Below, in pieces: positions 25,156-37,695 of a stretch of 64,000 bases of DNA. This DNA is from Octopus sinensis (Eukaryota). The DNA is taken from assembly GCF_006345805.1 (NCBI RefSeq), contig NC_043011.1, positions 34,236,464 to 34,300,463 of the forward strand. Direction: 5' to 3'. Each line of letters begins with the position of its first letter. The first letter of the stretch is position 1. Below the pieces are notes generated by a model, which was not told the DNA's origin, ran no database searches, and was given only the letters and a program-made list of their open reading frames with translations. Position numbers and translations under genes: made by a program.

Positions 25156-28100
25156 GTAAGTTTTCCAAGTTATATATATCTTCTTCAAAAGGACCTCTTT
25201 ATTTTGAGACAAAATTCCTGTGCTTTTGAATTTGCCTTTGTCTGGGCTAACTCTGGCTGAAAAGGTATCTAAGTATTCTAAAGTAGTTATCTTACTTTTG
25301 TCATACAACTTCTAGGTCAGCCCTAGTCAAACAGAATGTCTAGGCACAATCCTCAGGTCCATATCTTTGCTTCAGTCATATTTCTGTAATTTTGATGTTT
25401 AGCAACTGTGGTTTCCTTTGATGAAAATTTTCTCCTCTAACCAGCCTTCTAACCATGGCTATCTCAACTTCTTTCATGGGATATTAGAATCAGGCCTGAT
25501 TTATTCAGCATATTCAGACACAGACATGGCTTATGGCTGTGTGGTAAGAAGTTTGCTTTCCAACTAATCATCTGGTTTTGTGTTCAGTCCCACTGTATAG
25601 CACTTTGGATGTTTTCTACTATGGCCCTGGGATAATAAAAGCTTTGTGACGTGGATCTGGTAAATGGAAAAAAAAAGAATCCTCTCATATATATAAAGGA
25701 TCTCTGCTGAGATGCTTAAAATGTTTGGCGGCATAGGTTATGGTCTAGTTACCCATATAGTTAACCAAGTAGTACACGAAGGTATCACACCCAATAACTG
25801 GTGTAGCAGCACCATAGTCTACTGCTACAAAGTTAAAGGTGATACCTTAGAAATTATTACAGAGGTATCAAATTGTTGGGTCAGGTGATGACAGCAACAG
25901 AGAGGGTCATAGCCCAACTAATTAGGGATAGAGTTAGTCTAGATGAGATGCAGTTTGGTTTTGAGTCAAGGAGAAGCATCACTGGTGCTATATTTCTGGT
26001 AAGGCAGCTGCAGGAGAAATACATAGTCAAAAATAAACCTTTGTACTTGGCTTTTATTGACATGGAGAAAGCCTTTGACAGGGTCCCCCAATCCCTTATC
26101 TGGTGGTCAATGTGGAAACTAGGGATAGACAAGTGGTTGGCGAGAGCTGTACATGCCATGTACAAAGATGTTGTCAGTAAGGTGAGGGTTGGTAACAAGT
26201 ACAGCAAAGAATTCAGGGTACAAATAGGGGTTCACCAAGGATCGGTCCTCAGCACTCCCTTGTTCATCATAGCCCTCAAAAAATAACAGAGGAATTTAAG
26301 ACAGTTGCTCCTGGGAGCTCCTCTATGTTGATGACCTTGCTTTTATAGCTGAATCACTACCAGAACTAGAGAAGAAGTTTCAGGTGTGGAATAAAGGTCT
26401 AGAATTGAAAGGTCTTAGAGTTAACCTAGCAAAAACTAAAGTCTTAGTAATTAGGAAATTAGACAAATCATAAATTCCCTCAGGTAGATGGCCTTGCTAG
26501 ATATGTAGGTAAGGTGTAGGTAAAAATTCCATAAGCTGTACCCAGTGTAATCTATGGAAACATAAAAGGTGCAAAAATATCAGAGGAATGTTAACAGGGA
26601 AACTAGTTTTTGTGTGTGGAAGGTGCACAGGAACGATTAAAACTAAAAATGTACAGAAAATAGACTCCTTCAAATGCCAGGGGTAAAAACTAGTAGTAGC
26701 TGATATCTCCTTGTTACCTAGGAGAGGTGGATGCTCCAAGAGCATAGCTGTTAGAATAACAATACATTGGGTAAAGTTCAACGAGCTCCTACCTCTGTTG
26801 GTATGAATGGCCTCCCCACCAGAGTGAAAGACAAATTGTATGATGTCTGTATGCAAACAGCCATGCTACACAGCTGTGAAACATGGGCTGTAACTGCTGA
26901 GGACATGCATAGGCTTGAAAGAAATGAAGCTAGTATGTTCTGCTGGATGCACAACAGAGGGTAAGCATTTTGAGAGAAAATTTGGGTATAAGAGACATCA
27001 GATGTGTTGTGCCAGAGTTATGACTGCACTGGCATGGTCATGTAATGCTTATGGACAAGGACTGCTCTGGGATGAAGTGGTGAAACATGAACTTCGTATG
27101 CTGGGCCTCCAACATATGCCAGAATGGGCAACAGACATTAAATGATGATATTGAGTGGAATTATTTTGTTTAACTATTCATCTATTCAATTCTATCAATC
27201 AAGTATCTGCAAGGTTACAAAACTCTCATACATAGTTTGTATTTTTGTTTTTTTAAGTAGGTTTACATTATCTAGTATTTCCTTATGTTTCTTAAGAGAT
27301 GGATTGTTATTTTAGTTAGACATGGCTACTCATCAGTTTTTTTTTTTCCAGTTACATTAAGAAACTGTATAGAAGTCCTCTCATTAGCTCAAGAAGGAGT
27401 AGAAATATAGTCCCAATAATTTGGTTCTAATCTCACATGATGTTACATGCCACACCAAAAATGATACAAAGAAGAGCAAATCTTTTAGACAATACTTCTT
27501 TCTATTTTGGCACAAGGCCAGCCATTTTGAGAGGAGGGGGAGAAACTGAGTAAAATAACCCCAGTTTTGACTGATCCTTATTTTATCAACCTCGAAATGT
27601 TGAAAGGTAAAGTTGACCTCAACAAGATTTGAGCTCAGAACATAAAGCCTGAAGAAATATTCTAAGCTTTTTGACCAAAGTGCTAATGATTCTTCCACTT
27701 TGCCACTTTACATCTTTTCATAATTTTCATCTGTCTTTAAAATTTTAAAATACATAACCACATGGACACTATTGTTGTTATTAATTTTTGTCATTGTTGA
27801 TGTTTTTAATCTTTTTCAGTTGATGACATTATTGCTCATCTACAGAAACTAGATTTATCTGGTGGTTGTGTGGCAGCTTGTGAAACATATGTTGGTGATT
27901 TCTGGACATTTTTGTGCTCAGCAGCATGCAAAATGTAAGTTGATGTTTTGTGTTTCTTTCTTCTTTACTGGACTGAAAGATTTCATTCTTAAAAATAGAA
28001 GGTGTAAGATTAAGTTGCTGAATTAGTAACCATTTAAGTCATTAGTTCAAACCATACAACTAAAGCTACTGGATTATGGTTTCCAGCCATGCCGCACAAA

Positions 28101-29320
28101 TCTATTTTATCTGACTCATAAAACAGGTTTCACTGTTACTTGAGAGAATCTTTGATTCTTGTGATTATCTCCCCTCCCCATGGGGAGCCAGTCTTAATTG
28201 TCATTTGATAATTATTACACATGCTCTAGAGGCAGAGATAGTTTTAATAAATCAGGAATTTATGTTTTATGTTATTTGATATACCTGTAATTTTTTATGC
28301 TGTTCAAAGACATGCCACTGGCCATTCTCAGTTATTTCTCTGAGCTCATTTTAGTTTTAATTAATGCAAATTACCTTGGCCCTACAAAGCATTAGTTGGT
28401 CCAGGATCATAGCTTAAGATACTTGCCCAAGGTGCTGTGTAGTAGGAGTGAACTCAGCATCACACTGATGCAAATTGAGTTTCATACCAGTCAAGTACTA
28501 GAGTTAATGGTATCGACAAATCATCTCCTTTGGGATTGACTAGCATTGCACCTCAGTTTGAAGCCATTATTTTAAAAGACGGTAAATTGCCCAAGCCATT
28601 ACTGCTGGATATAATGTCTTGCAGTTTTTGTCCTGGCTCTCTTCCCAGAGTCCCAGAGTTCAAATTCTGCTGAGTTCAAATTTGTATCTCTTTGTTTCTG
28701 GTGGGTGGGGTCGTATAAAACATTCTTATCTATGATTCTCTCCTGTGACATTCTAATCACATGTTCATGGTGGCTGAAACTGTGACCTTTCAGTCTGGAG
28801 AAGAAGTGACTTGATCTGGAGAGGCTACTTAATCTTCAAATTATGCACCATGTGGAATGACAATGTTCCAGATATCCTTCAGAGGAACCCCATTTTGACT
28901 GCTTGTATTTGCAGTCTTACTGTTTCTGTTGTTACCCAGCATTCTTGACAAGGATAGGCATGCAGACCAAACCTGATGAAAACTATAAACTTCATCTCAA
29001 CTAGGTTCTTTACTAATTATGAAATTATGAAACTGCTTAAATTTTTAATTAATTATCATTTCTGCTATAGGTACAATGCCTGAAATTTGAGAGGAGGGGG
29101 CTAGTTGATTGCATCAACCCCTAGTCCTCGATTGCTACTTATTTTATTGTCCCAAAAAGCAAAGATAGATGGAAATATTGCTAAGCATTTTACCTGGTGT
29201 GCTAACCATCCTGCCAACTCATTGCCTCAAATTTTTAATTAATAATTAAATTCTTCCTCTACAATGATTTTCTTTCTTTTCTTCTTTTTTTTTTCTAGTA
29301 TCCTGGAACAAACTGGTTAA
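25065..29320 (+). CDS. Gene A: secreted prepropeptide (75 aa) with a CX3C-X11-CX3C mature peptide; join(25065..25155,27820..27934,29299..29320)
   Basis: Manual splicing gives MKAVLFFLALVPMVLCASLYSDDEIEKR|LSIDDIIAHLQKLDLSGGCVAACETYVGDFWTFLCSAACKIILEQTG*. Donors are GTAAGT at 25156 and 27935. Acceptors are polypyrimidine-AG, ending at 27819 and 29298. The frame is continuous (phases 1 and 2), AATAAA lies at 29364, and a paralog on the opposite strand has the same structure. Confidence 0.9.
25700..27110 (+). mobile_element. RTE reverse transcriptase remnant inside gene A intron
   Basis: MQFGF, YLAFIDMEKAFDRVP, GVHQGSVLS, LYVDDL; frameshifted; same family as 21790-23335. Confidence 0.9.
27820..27934 (+). 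CDS. Gene A coding exon 2 (115 nt, four-cysteine core)
   Basis: CTTTTTCAG acceptor; (I)DDIIAHLQKLDLSGGCVAACETYVGDFWTFLCSAACK(I); GTAAGT donor. Confidence 0.92.
29299..29320 (+). CDS. Gene A coding exon 3 (C-terminus, terminal Gly)
   Basis: A long pyrimidine tract ending TTTTTCTAG is followed by in-phase (I)ILEQTG-TAA, with a poly(A) signal 44 nt after the stop. Confidence 0.8.
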
Positions 29321-29363
29321 GAAAGGTCTTCCACTTTTAGGAAAAATGTAATTCTTTGAGATG

Positions 29364-29369
29364 AATAAA
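29364..29369 (+). terminator. Polyadenylation signal of gene A
   Basis: AATAAA downstream of the TAA stop. Confidence 0.65.
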
Positions 29370-29489
29370 GAAATTTAAAATATAAATATTGTTTTAGTGT
29401 GTCATTATACTTGAGTAGTGTGATTGTATGTATCAGGTTGAATAAGAAATAAGCTATGTTTTGAACCATGAAGAATTTCTACCTGGTTT

Positions 29490-29700
29490 TGTAAAACCAC
29501 TCAAAAACTGGCAAAAGAACTTCAAGTTAGCCGGAAAACTACCTGCAACTATTTGCATGCGATCAGAAAATCAAAAAAGCTCGACAAATGGGTACCATAC
29601 AATTTGAATGAAAATCAGAAAATGCCCAGTTATGAAATTTTCTAGTCACTTCTCTTTAAGTAGACTGATTCATTTCAAGACTGTATTGTAACTTGTGACA
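29490..29700 (+). pseudogene. Mariner transposase fragment just downstream of gene A
   Basis: TTQKLAKELQVS...KKLDKWVPYNLNENQK (WVPHEL motif region). Confidence 0.75.
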
Positions 29701-30419
29701 CTTCTTAGTATTCTTTAGATTAACTCTAAAATTTATCTGTGTATACACAAATAATAACATTGTTTTTATAATAGGTAAATGTACTACTATATAATACTTC
29801 CCCTGTCCCATTAGCATTGGTCTACTTAATAGTAGCCAACATCTTGTTTGAAGTATCTTCTTACTGAACCAAATGGCTTTGCTTCAAATAAATCTTGATT
29901 TATGACTATGCCACTTAAATTGTCTATCTACTTTGCCCTACCCCAAAATGATACTACCCTCTGTATTCTCTCAGATTTGATAAACTAGCCTATAAATTAA
30001 AACTGAACTCCCTGCCCCCATAATTAAATCTAAATAACAGAAATAATCAGTGAAAAGCAGTGTCTTTTTTGAAAAAATTCAGTTACAACTGTGTTGTTGT
30101 TGGTAAAACATGTTCTTTGTCTATCTCCCTTTCCTCTTGGTGATTTTGGATAAAATTATACTAATGATTCCTTCGAATTTAATTAAATTCTATATTTTTG
30201 TGCAGCTGAAGATTGCTCTACATTTTAAATTGATATATTGTTTGCATTGTTCAATTAAATGGAGTCGCATGAAACGATCGTATTGCATTACCTCTGGATA
30301 TCCTTGTTGCTTATTTTGATTGTAATCACCCCATTTTGAATTATATGGATAATACCATACTAAATTCGGGTGCCTTCAACTTAAGTACCATATTCATCTG
30401 AATCAAAATTTTTACTGAA

Positions 30420-30457
<38 letters not shown>

Positions 30458-33065
30458 AGGGGTTTCTTTCAGTTTCCATCTACCAAATCCACTCACAAGG
30501 TTTTGGTCAACCAGAGGCTTTAGTAGAAGACACTTACCCCAGATGCCACGCAGTGAGACTGTACCTGGAATCATGTGGTTGGGAAACAATCTTCTTACCA
30601 CACAGCCATTCCTGTTCATTTGATAGAAGACACCTTTGATACTCATTCAAAGGAACCAATGGAAACCCTTTCCATTTATGCACTTGACTATGTAACTCAT
30701 GATGGCTGAATATTTTTCCAAAATCTAGGTCAAGGGTTCTCAACCATTCTTTATCTATAGACCCCTTTGGTAACTATTTTACCCTATAGAAATGTCTTTC
30801 TGGGAGATGCATTCTTCTGTCCCTGGCACCGACATTTGAACATAGCTTCTTATGTGCCAGTTACACAAAACATCAGCATGTATATGAATAGATGTATGTG
30901 TGTGTGTGTGTGTGCATATATATGTGTATTGTGCACTAGGATTGAACCCATGACCACATTGTTGTAAAGCAAGCTTCTTAACCACAGAGCCATACCTAAC
31001 CCCACCCCACACGCACACACAATTATAGAGGGAAAATAGGTGGGAGGAATCAACATTTGAGGTATGTAGCCAAAATGAAATATGGATGGCAAAAAATTCA
31101 ATGAATTTTAGAATTTATAAACATTCAAGTATAAGGAAAGCTAAATGGAGATGAATTGAGAATGACAAACGTAAAATGAATGAGGTCATAAAAACATTAA
31201 TGATTATGCACACAGACAGATGTATGCTCACTTACAGACATGCACACAGAAAGAGACAGTACACTTTCAGACATATGCAAATGCAGTATACAGGTAAAGA
31301 TTACTGATAATAGTGTGTGATGATTATCATTTGGAAAAATCAACCTATCTTAAATGTTGTACGAATGCATTTAGGAAGCTTTTCTGAGCGAAAGTTGCAT
31401 TCATCATCATCATCATCATCATCGTTTAGCGTCCGTTTTCCATGCTAGCATGGGTTGGACAGTTCAAGTGGGGTCTGTGAAGCCGGAAGGCTTCATCAGG
31501 CCTAGTCAGATCTGGCAGTGTTTCTACGGCTTGATGCCCTTCCTAATGCCAACCACTCAGTGAGTGTAGTGGGTGCTTTTTACGTGCCACCCGCACAGGT
31601 GCCAGACAGAGCTGGCAAACGGCCACGAACGGATGGTGCTTTTTATGTGCCACCAGCACGGGGGCCAGGCATTATAGTATTTTAATGAAAAGTATTAGCT
31701 CTAATGGAATCAACTGACATCTGTTAGTAGAGTTAGTAAAAGAGAACTTTCCTTTTTGAATGAAGAACAGACTGTATGATGTTTTATGTATAAGATATGA
31801 TATTGCATGATAGCAGAATGATGACATTGGATGTAGAGGATATGTGTAAAAATTAAAGAGAAATAAGAGGGACATGTACCATTGGATGTGTAATGTCGAT
31901 ATGCCTGGATGATGATGCATAAGTATACTGTTAGGTAAAAGAGTTTGGAAGGAGTTTGGAGAAGAGGAGAACTGAAGAAATATGGATAGAAGTGGTAGGG
32001 TTTGATCTCAGGATGTTGAGCGTCATGAAAGAAAGAACAAATGACATGACATGGTTTTGAAATTAACCCTTCCAATCCAAGCTAACATAGAAAATCAAAC
32101 AAAAAAATTAATGATGATATGTGTAAGCATATGTGTGTGTGATGCACATGTGTGTGTGTGTTGGGTGGGTGGGGGTTGTAAGTATGGCTCTGTGGTTAAG
32201 AAGCATACTTCACAACAATGTGATCTTGGGCTTAATCCATTGCACAACACCTTTGGTAAGTATCTTCTAGAAACACTTGTTAGGGACTATGTAAACCATT
32301 TTATGGTGTAGTTAAATTAAATATCCTCGTCAAATCTTGCCAAACCATTTGCCTTTTCTCTTCAGCTTTAATCTATATCTACTGGCTCAAGAGGAAGCCA
32401 CTTCTAGTCGCTTTAGCAAGGTAGTCACAAAATCACATTTTCAACTGCAATTCAAACCAGAATTTTAGTGGCATACCAAAATGAGAACTTAGAATACATA
32501 CCTAAGAGCTTGAGTCACCTTGAGAAAAATTCCTTGTAACTTTTATATCATCATCGTTAATGCCCTCCTTCCATGCTGGCATGGGTAGGACACTTTGACA
32601 GGAGCTGGCCAGGCAGAAGTCTACACCAAACGTCTGTGTCTATATATATATACATGGGTTTCCTCAGTTTCTGTCAACCAAATTCATTCATAAGGTACTG
32701 TCTGGCCAAGGGATGTAGCATGTAGCAGAAGCTATTTATTCAAGGTGCTGCAAAGTGGGACTGAACCCAAAGCCACATGGTTGCAAAGTGAGCTTCTTAG
32801 CTATATGGCCATGCCTTTTTCTAGCATTGTGGGTACAAAAATATAACAAAATAACTGAAAGTATTATTGCCTGATGCTCTACCAATTATGCCACCCACTT
32901 CAATGGAAATATAACTAATAACAATAACAACATTAATAACATGAATTTATTTTTGGAAGGAAAATTTATTTACAAATTAACAAATTAACAGTGATGGCTG
33001 GTTGCTCAGAACTGGACAATTGTCTTCCCCATAATTTTATCAGATATTGATAGCAAATTACTCAC

Positions 33066-33102
33066 AGCTTCATCAACTTGGATGGTTTTCGATATATTCA
33101 CT
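33066..33102 (-). other. Unassigned 37-nt exon candidate
   Basis: Strong acceptor TTTCTTTTCATCTTTTTCTTCTTCTAG and donor GTGAGT; the only open frame is xVNISKTIQVDEA. Confidence 0.35.
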
Positions 33103-33415
33103 CTAGAAGAAGAAAAAGATGAAAAGAAATCAATATTTTATATAGCTTTTACTTTTTTCAGTCAGTTGACTGTGGCCATGCTGGGGCACCACCTTGAATG
33201 GTTTTAGTAGAAGAAATAGACCCCAGGATTTATATTTTTTAAGGCCCAGTGCTTATTTTATCAGTGATTTTGGCTGAACCACTAAGTTATGGAGATGCAA
33301 ACAAACCAAGACTGGTTGTCATGTGATGATGAGGGACAAACACAGACACAAATCACACATAGATATACACACATACACATCATATATAATGTGTATATAT
33401 CATCATCATCATCAT

Positions 33416-33480
<65 letters not shown>

Positions 33481-33632
33481 CATATATACACACATATATA
33501 CATGACTGGCTTCTTTCAGTTTCCATCGACCAAATCCACTCTCAAGAATTGCTGAAGGTCCCAAACAATGAGACTGAACCTGGAACCATGTGGTTGAGAA
33601 GCAAGCTTCTTACCACATAGCCACACATGAGG

Positions 33633-33667
<35 letters not shown>

Positions 33668-33972
33668 TATTATTATTATCGTTATTTAATGTCCACTTTT
33701 CCATACTTGCATGTATCAGACAGAACTTATTGAGGCAGATTTTCCATGAATGCCCTTTTTGCTGCCAACCCTCACCTGTTTCTAAGTTTCCAACTAAGGT
33801 AATATTTCACATGGATAGACATGTTGTCCAAGGAAAACTACAAAAGAACAGCATTGCTTGTATATAAAGATACTCATTTACAAACATTACGTAATGTAAA
33901 GAGAAGGGTAAACACATCCATACCCACATGCACACATATATATATATGTATGTGTATACATATCTGTATGTA

Positions 33973-34329
33973 TAATTGAAGAAATCGGAGTCAACAAGAA
34001 GGGGTATGATTGGACATTTATTTTATAATTACCACAATTGTTTCAATGCAACGTAGTTCTCCAGATGTGCAGGTACATGATTATGCGACTGTTTCCCTGC
34101 ATTACGAGATCTTGTCAGATAGGATGTTCTTGAAGCTGAGAATTTTAAACCTACAAAGACAATATTTGCATACAACCGAGGAAACACAACTAGATCTCAT
34201 AATGCAGGGAAAGTTATTTAATCAAGTATCTGCACACCTGGAGAACTACATTGCATCAAAAGAATTATAGTAATTAAAAAATAAATTTCCAACTGTACCC
34301 CTTGTTGTTGACCCTAATTTCTTCAATTA
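33973..34329. mobile_element. Palindromic MITE with ~140-bp diverged arms
   Basis: TAATTGAAGAAATCGGAGTCAACAAGAAGGGGT...TCTCCAGATGTGCAG...TTTCCCTGCATTACGAGATCT is mirrored at 34190-34329. Confidence 0.8.
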
Positions 34330-34460
34330 CCTATTCACACATGACAGATGCCCAAACGCAAACCTAGAAGTACCTATAAGACTACTACTGGATAGCAAAG
34401 GGTAAGTCTACTCTACTATGTCTTTACAGAATAGACCATAGCTATATGTATGTATGTATA

Positions 34461-34500
<40 letters not shown>

Positions 34501-35790
34501 AAATTTTCGATGAAAATTTTGGAAAAATTTTTGGGGAAAATTTTTGGGGAAAATTATCAGAGAAAATTTTGGAAAAATTTTTGCGGAAAATTTTCGGTGA
34601 AAATTTTCGAAAAATGTTTGGGTAAAATTTTCGGTGAAATTTTTGGGAAAAGTTTTGGGGAAAATTTTCGGTGAAAATTTTCGAAAAATTTTTGGGGAAA
34701 GTTTTCCATGAAAATTTTCGATAATATTTGGTAAAAATTTTCGAAAAATTTTTGGGTAAAATTTTCGGTGAAAACTTTCGAAAGATTTTTGGGTAAAGTT
34801 TTCGAAAAATTTTTGGTGAAAACATTGGAAAATTTTTGGGGAATGTTTTCCGTGAAAATTTTCCAAAAGTTTTTGGAGAAACCTTTTGGTGGGAATTTTC
34901 TGAAAATTTTTTTGTAAAATTTTCAGTGAAACTCATTGAAAAATTTTTGCGGAAAATTTTCGGTGAAAATTTTCGAAAAATCTTTGGGGGAAATTTTCGG
35001 GAAAAATTTTTGGTAAAATTTTCGGTGAAAACTTTCGAAAGATTTTTGGGTAAAGTTTTCGAAAAATTTTTGGTGAAAACATTGGAAAATTTTTGGGGAA
35101 TGTTTTCCGTGAAAATTTTCCAAAAGTTTTTGGAGAAACCTTTTGGTGGGAATTTTCTGAAAATTTTTTTGTAAAATTTTCAGTGAAACTCATTGAAAAA
35201 TTTTTGCGGAAAATTTTCGGTGAAAATTTTCGAAAAATCTTTGGGGGAAATTTTCGGGAAAAATTTTTGGGTAAAATTTTCGGTGAAAATATTCGGTAAA
35301 TTTTCGAAAAATTTTTGGTGAAAATTTTCGGTAATTTTTCCAAAAATTTTTGGGGAGAATTTTCGGCAAAAATTTTCAAAAAATTTTTGGGAAAATTTTC
35401 GGTGAAAATTTTGGAAAAATTTTTGGGTAAAATTTTCCATGAAAATTTTCGAAAAGTTTTTGGTGAAAATGTTTGGTGAAAATTTTCGAAAAATTTTTGG
35501 GTAAAATTTTCGGTGAAAATTTTCGAAAAACTTTTGGGGAAAATTTTCGAAAACTTTTTGGGTGAAATTTTCGGTAAATTTTTGGGTAAAGTTTTCGATG
35601 AAAATTTTCGAAAACTTTCTGGTTAAAATTTTCGGAAAAGCTTTGAGTAAAATTTTCGGTGAAAATATTCGGAAAATTTTTGAGTAAAATTTTCGGTGAA
35701 AATATTCGGAAAATTTTTGGGTAAAATTTTCGGTGAAAATTTTCGAAAACTTTTTGGGTAAAATTTTCGGAAAATTGTCGGATAACATTT

Positions 35791-35927
35791 GCGGTGCCAA
35801 AATCACAAAGTATGGAAGGCCAGCTGTGCCAAAATCACAAAGTATGGAAGGCCAGTGGTGCCAAAATCACAAAGTATGAAAAGCCAGCGGTGCCCAAATC
35901 ACAAAGTATGGAAAGCCAGCGGTGCCA
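35791..35927 (+). repeat. 32-bp tandem array (about 4 copies)
   Basis: Unit GCGGTGCCAAAATCACAAAGTATGGAAGGCCA. Confidence 0.9.
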
Positions 35928-37039
35928 ATTTTCGAAAAATTTTCGGGTAACATTTTCGGTGAAAATTTTCGAAAAATTTTTGGGGAAAATTTTCAGTGAA
36001 AATTTCCGAACACTTTTTAGGTGAAATTTTACCCAAAAATTTTTCCCATAAATTTTTACGAAAATTTCACCCAAAAAGTTTTCGAAAATTTTCTCCAAAA
36101 ATTTGTCGAAAATTTTTTAAGGAAAATTTTCGGTGAAAATTTTTGGGTGAAATTTTCGACAAATTTTCTGAAAATTTTCGAAAACATTTTGGTTAAAATT
36201 TTGGAAAAACTTTTGGGGAAAAATTTCCGGTGAAAATTTTGGAAAAATTTTTGTGGAAAATTTTCGATGAAAATTTTGGAAAAATTTTTGGGGAAAATTA
36301 TCGGCGAAAATTTTCAAAAAATTTTTGGGAAAATTTTCGGTGAAAATTTTCGAAAACCCATATAACGAATATGCTCCATATGCTGAAGTCTATAAAAGTC
36401 GATATCGTCATAGAATCTGGTGTGTCGGGGATGGTGAGATATCTTGACTGTAATATTAAACCAGAATTCACTCTATACACAGAAAGCAGCAGCAACAGCC
36501 ACCTAAAAATCTATTTTTAGCCATAACATCTATTTTTAGCTCGTGGAAAATTTTCGACAAATTTTTGGGTAAAATTTTCGAAAAATTTTTGGATAAAATT
36601 TTCGAAAAACTTTTGGGGAAAATTTTCGGTGAAAATTTTGGAAAAATTTTTCGGGAAAATTTTCGGTGAAAATTTTCGAAAAATTTTTGGGTAAAATTTT
36701 CGGTGAAAACTTTGGAAAAATTTTTGGGAAAAGTTTTTGGTGAAAATTTTCGAAAACCCATATAACGAATATGCTCCATATGCTGAAGTCAATAAACGTC
36801 GATCACGTCATAGTTATTAAGTGTAAAGCAGAAATTGGGGTATCGGGGATGGTGAGGCATCTTGACTGTAGTAGAACACCAGAATTCACGCTATATATAC
36901 ACAGAAAGCAGCAGTAGCAGCCACCTAAAACTCTATTTTTAACTATGACATCTATTTTTGGGTAAAATTTTCGGTGAGAATTTTCGAAAAATTTTTGGGG
37001 ATAATTTTCGGTGAAAATATTCGAAAAATCACAAGGCCA

Positions 37040-37231
37040 GCGGTGCCAAAATCACAAAGTATGGAAGGCCAGCTGTGCCAAAATCAAAAAGTATGGAAGG
37101 CCAGCTGTGCCAAAATCAAAAAGTATGAAAAGCCAGCGGTGCCAAAATCAAAAAGTATGGAAGGCCAGCGGTGCCAAAATCAAAAAGTATGGAAGGCCAG
37201 CGGTGCCAAAATCACAAAGTATGGAAAGCCA
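37040..37231 (+). repeat. 32-bp tandem array (about 6 copies)
   Basis: Same unit as 35791-35927. Confidence 0.9.
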
Positions 37232-37695
37232 TAATTTGTTATTTTGGAACCGCTAAAATTTTTAGGTAAAATTTTCGGTGAAAATGTTAGAAAAATTTTT
37301 GGGGAAAAATTTCTGGTGAAAATTTTGTAAAAATTTTTGTGGAAAATTTTCGATGAAAATTTTGGAAAAATTTTGGGGGAAAATTATCGGCGAAAATTTT
37401 CGAAAAACTTTTGGGGAGAATTTTCGGAAAATTTTTTTGTAAAATTTTCAGTGAAACTCATCGAAAAATTTTTGTGTAAAATTTTCGAAAAATTTTTGCG
37501 GAAAATTTTCGAAAAATTTTTGGGTAAAATTTTCGAAAAATTTTTGGGTAAAATTTTCGAAAAATTTTTGGGGAAAATTTTCGTAAAATTTTTGGTTAAA
37601 ATTTTCGGCAACTGACGGCATCGATCGCGCCTACGTCCACGTGTACGTGGGCGACACCGCGAGGTTCTCTTCAGCCTCACTTCAGCCTCACGGTA

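Larger units (their letters stand above)
34497..37608. repeat. Composite satellite built of GAAAATTTTC(G/GG) units with nested higher-order repeats
   Basis: A4-5/T4-5 tracts at ~11-12 bp spacing; a 257-bp tandem duplication at 34756-35270; 32-bp arrays; two copies of a ~190-bp unique module. Confidence 0.95.

Noticed and set aside
27820-27934. Similarity of twin CX3C to mitochondrial small Tim (Tim9/Tim10) chaperones or to saposin-like proteins
   Set aside because: The ER signal peptide and KR propeptide are incompatible with Tim proteins, and saposins need six cysteines with different spacing.
35791-37231. 32-bp repeats resembling a CRISPR array
   Set aside because: The units are directly adjacent with no unique spacers, there are no cas genes, and the context is eukaryotic.
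34408-37615. Many K/F/N/E-rich ORFs on both strands
   Set aside because: They are artefacts of the A4T4 satellite and are open in most frames on both strands.
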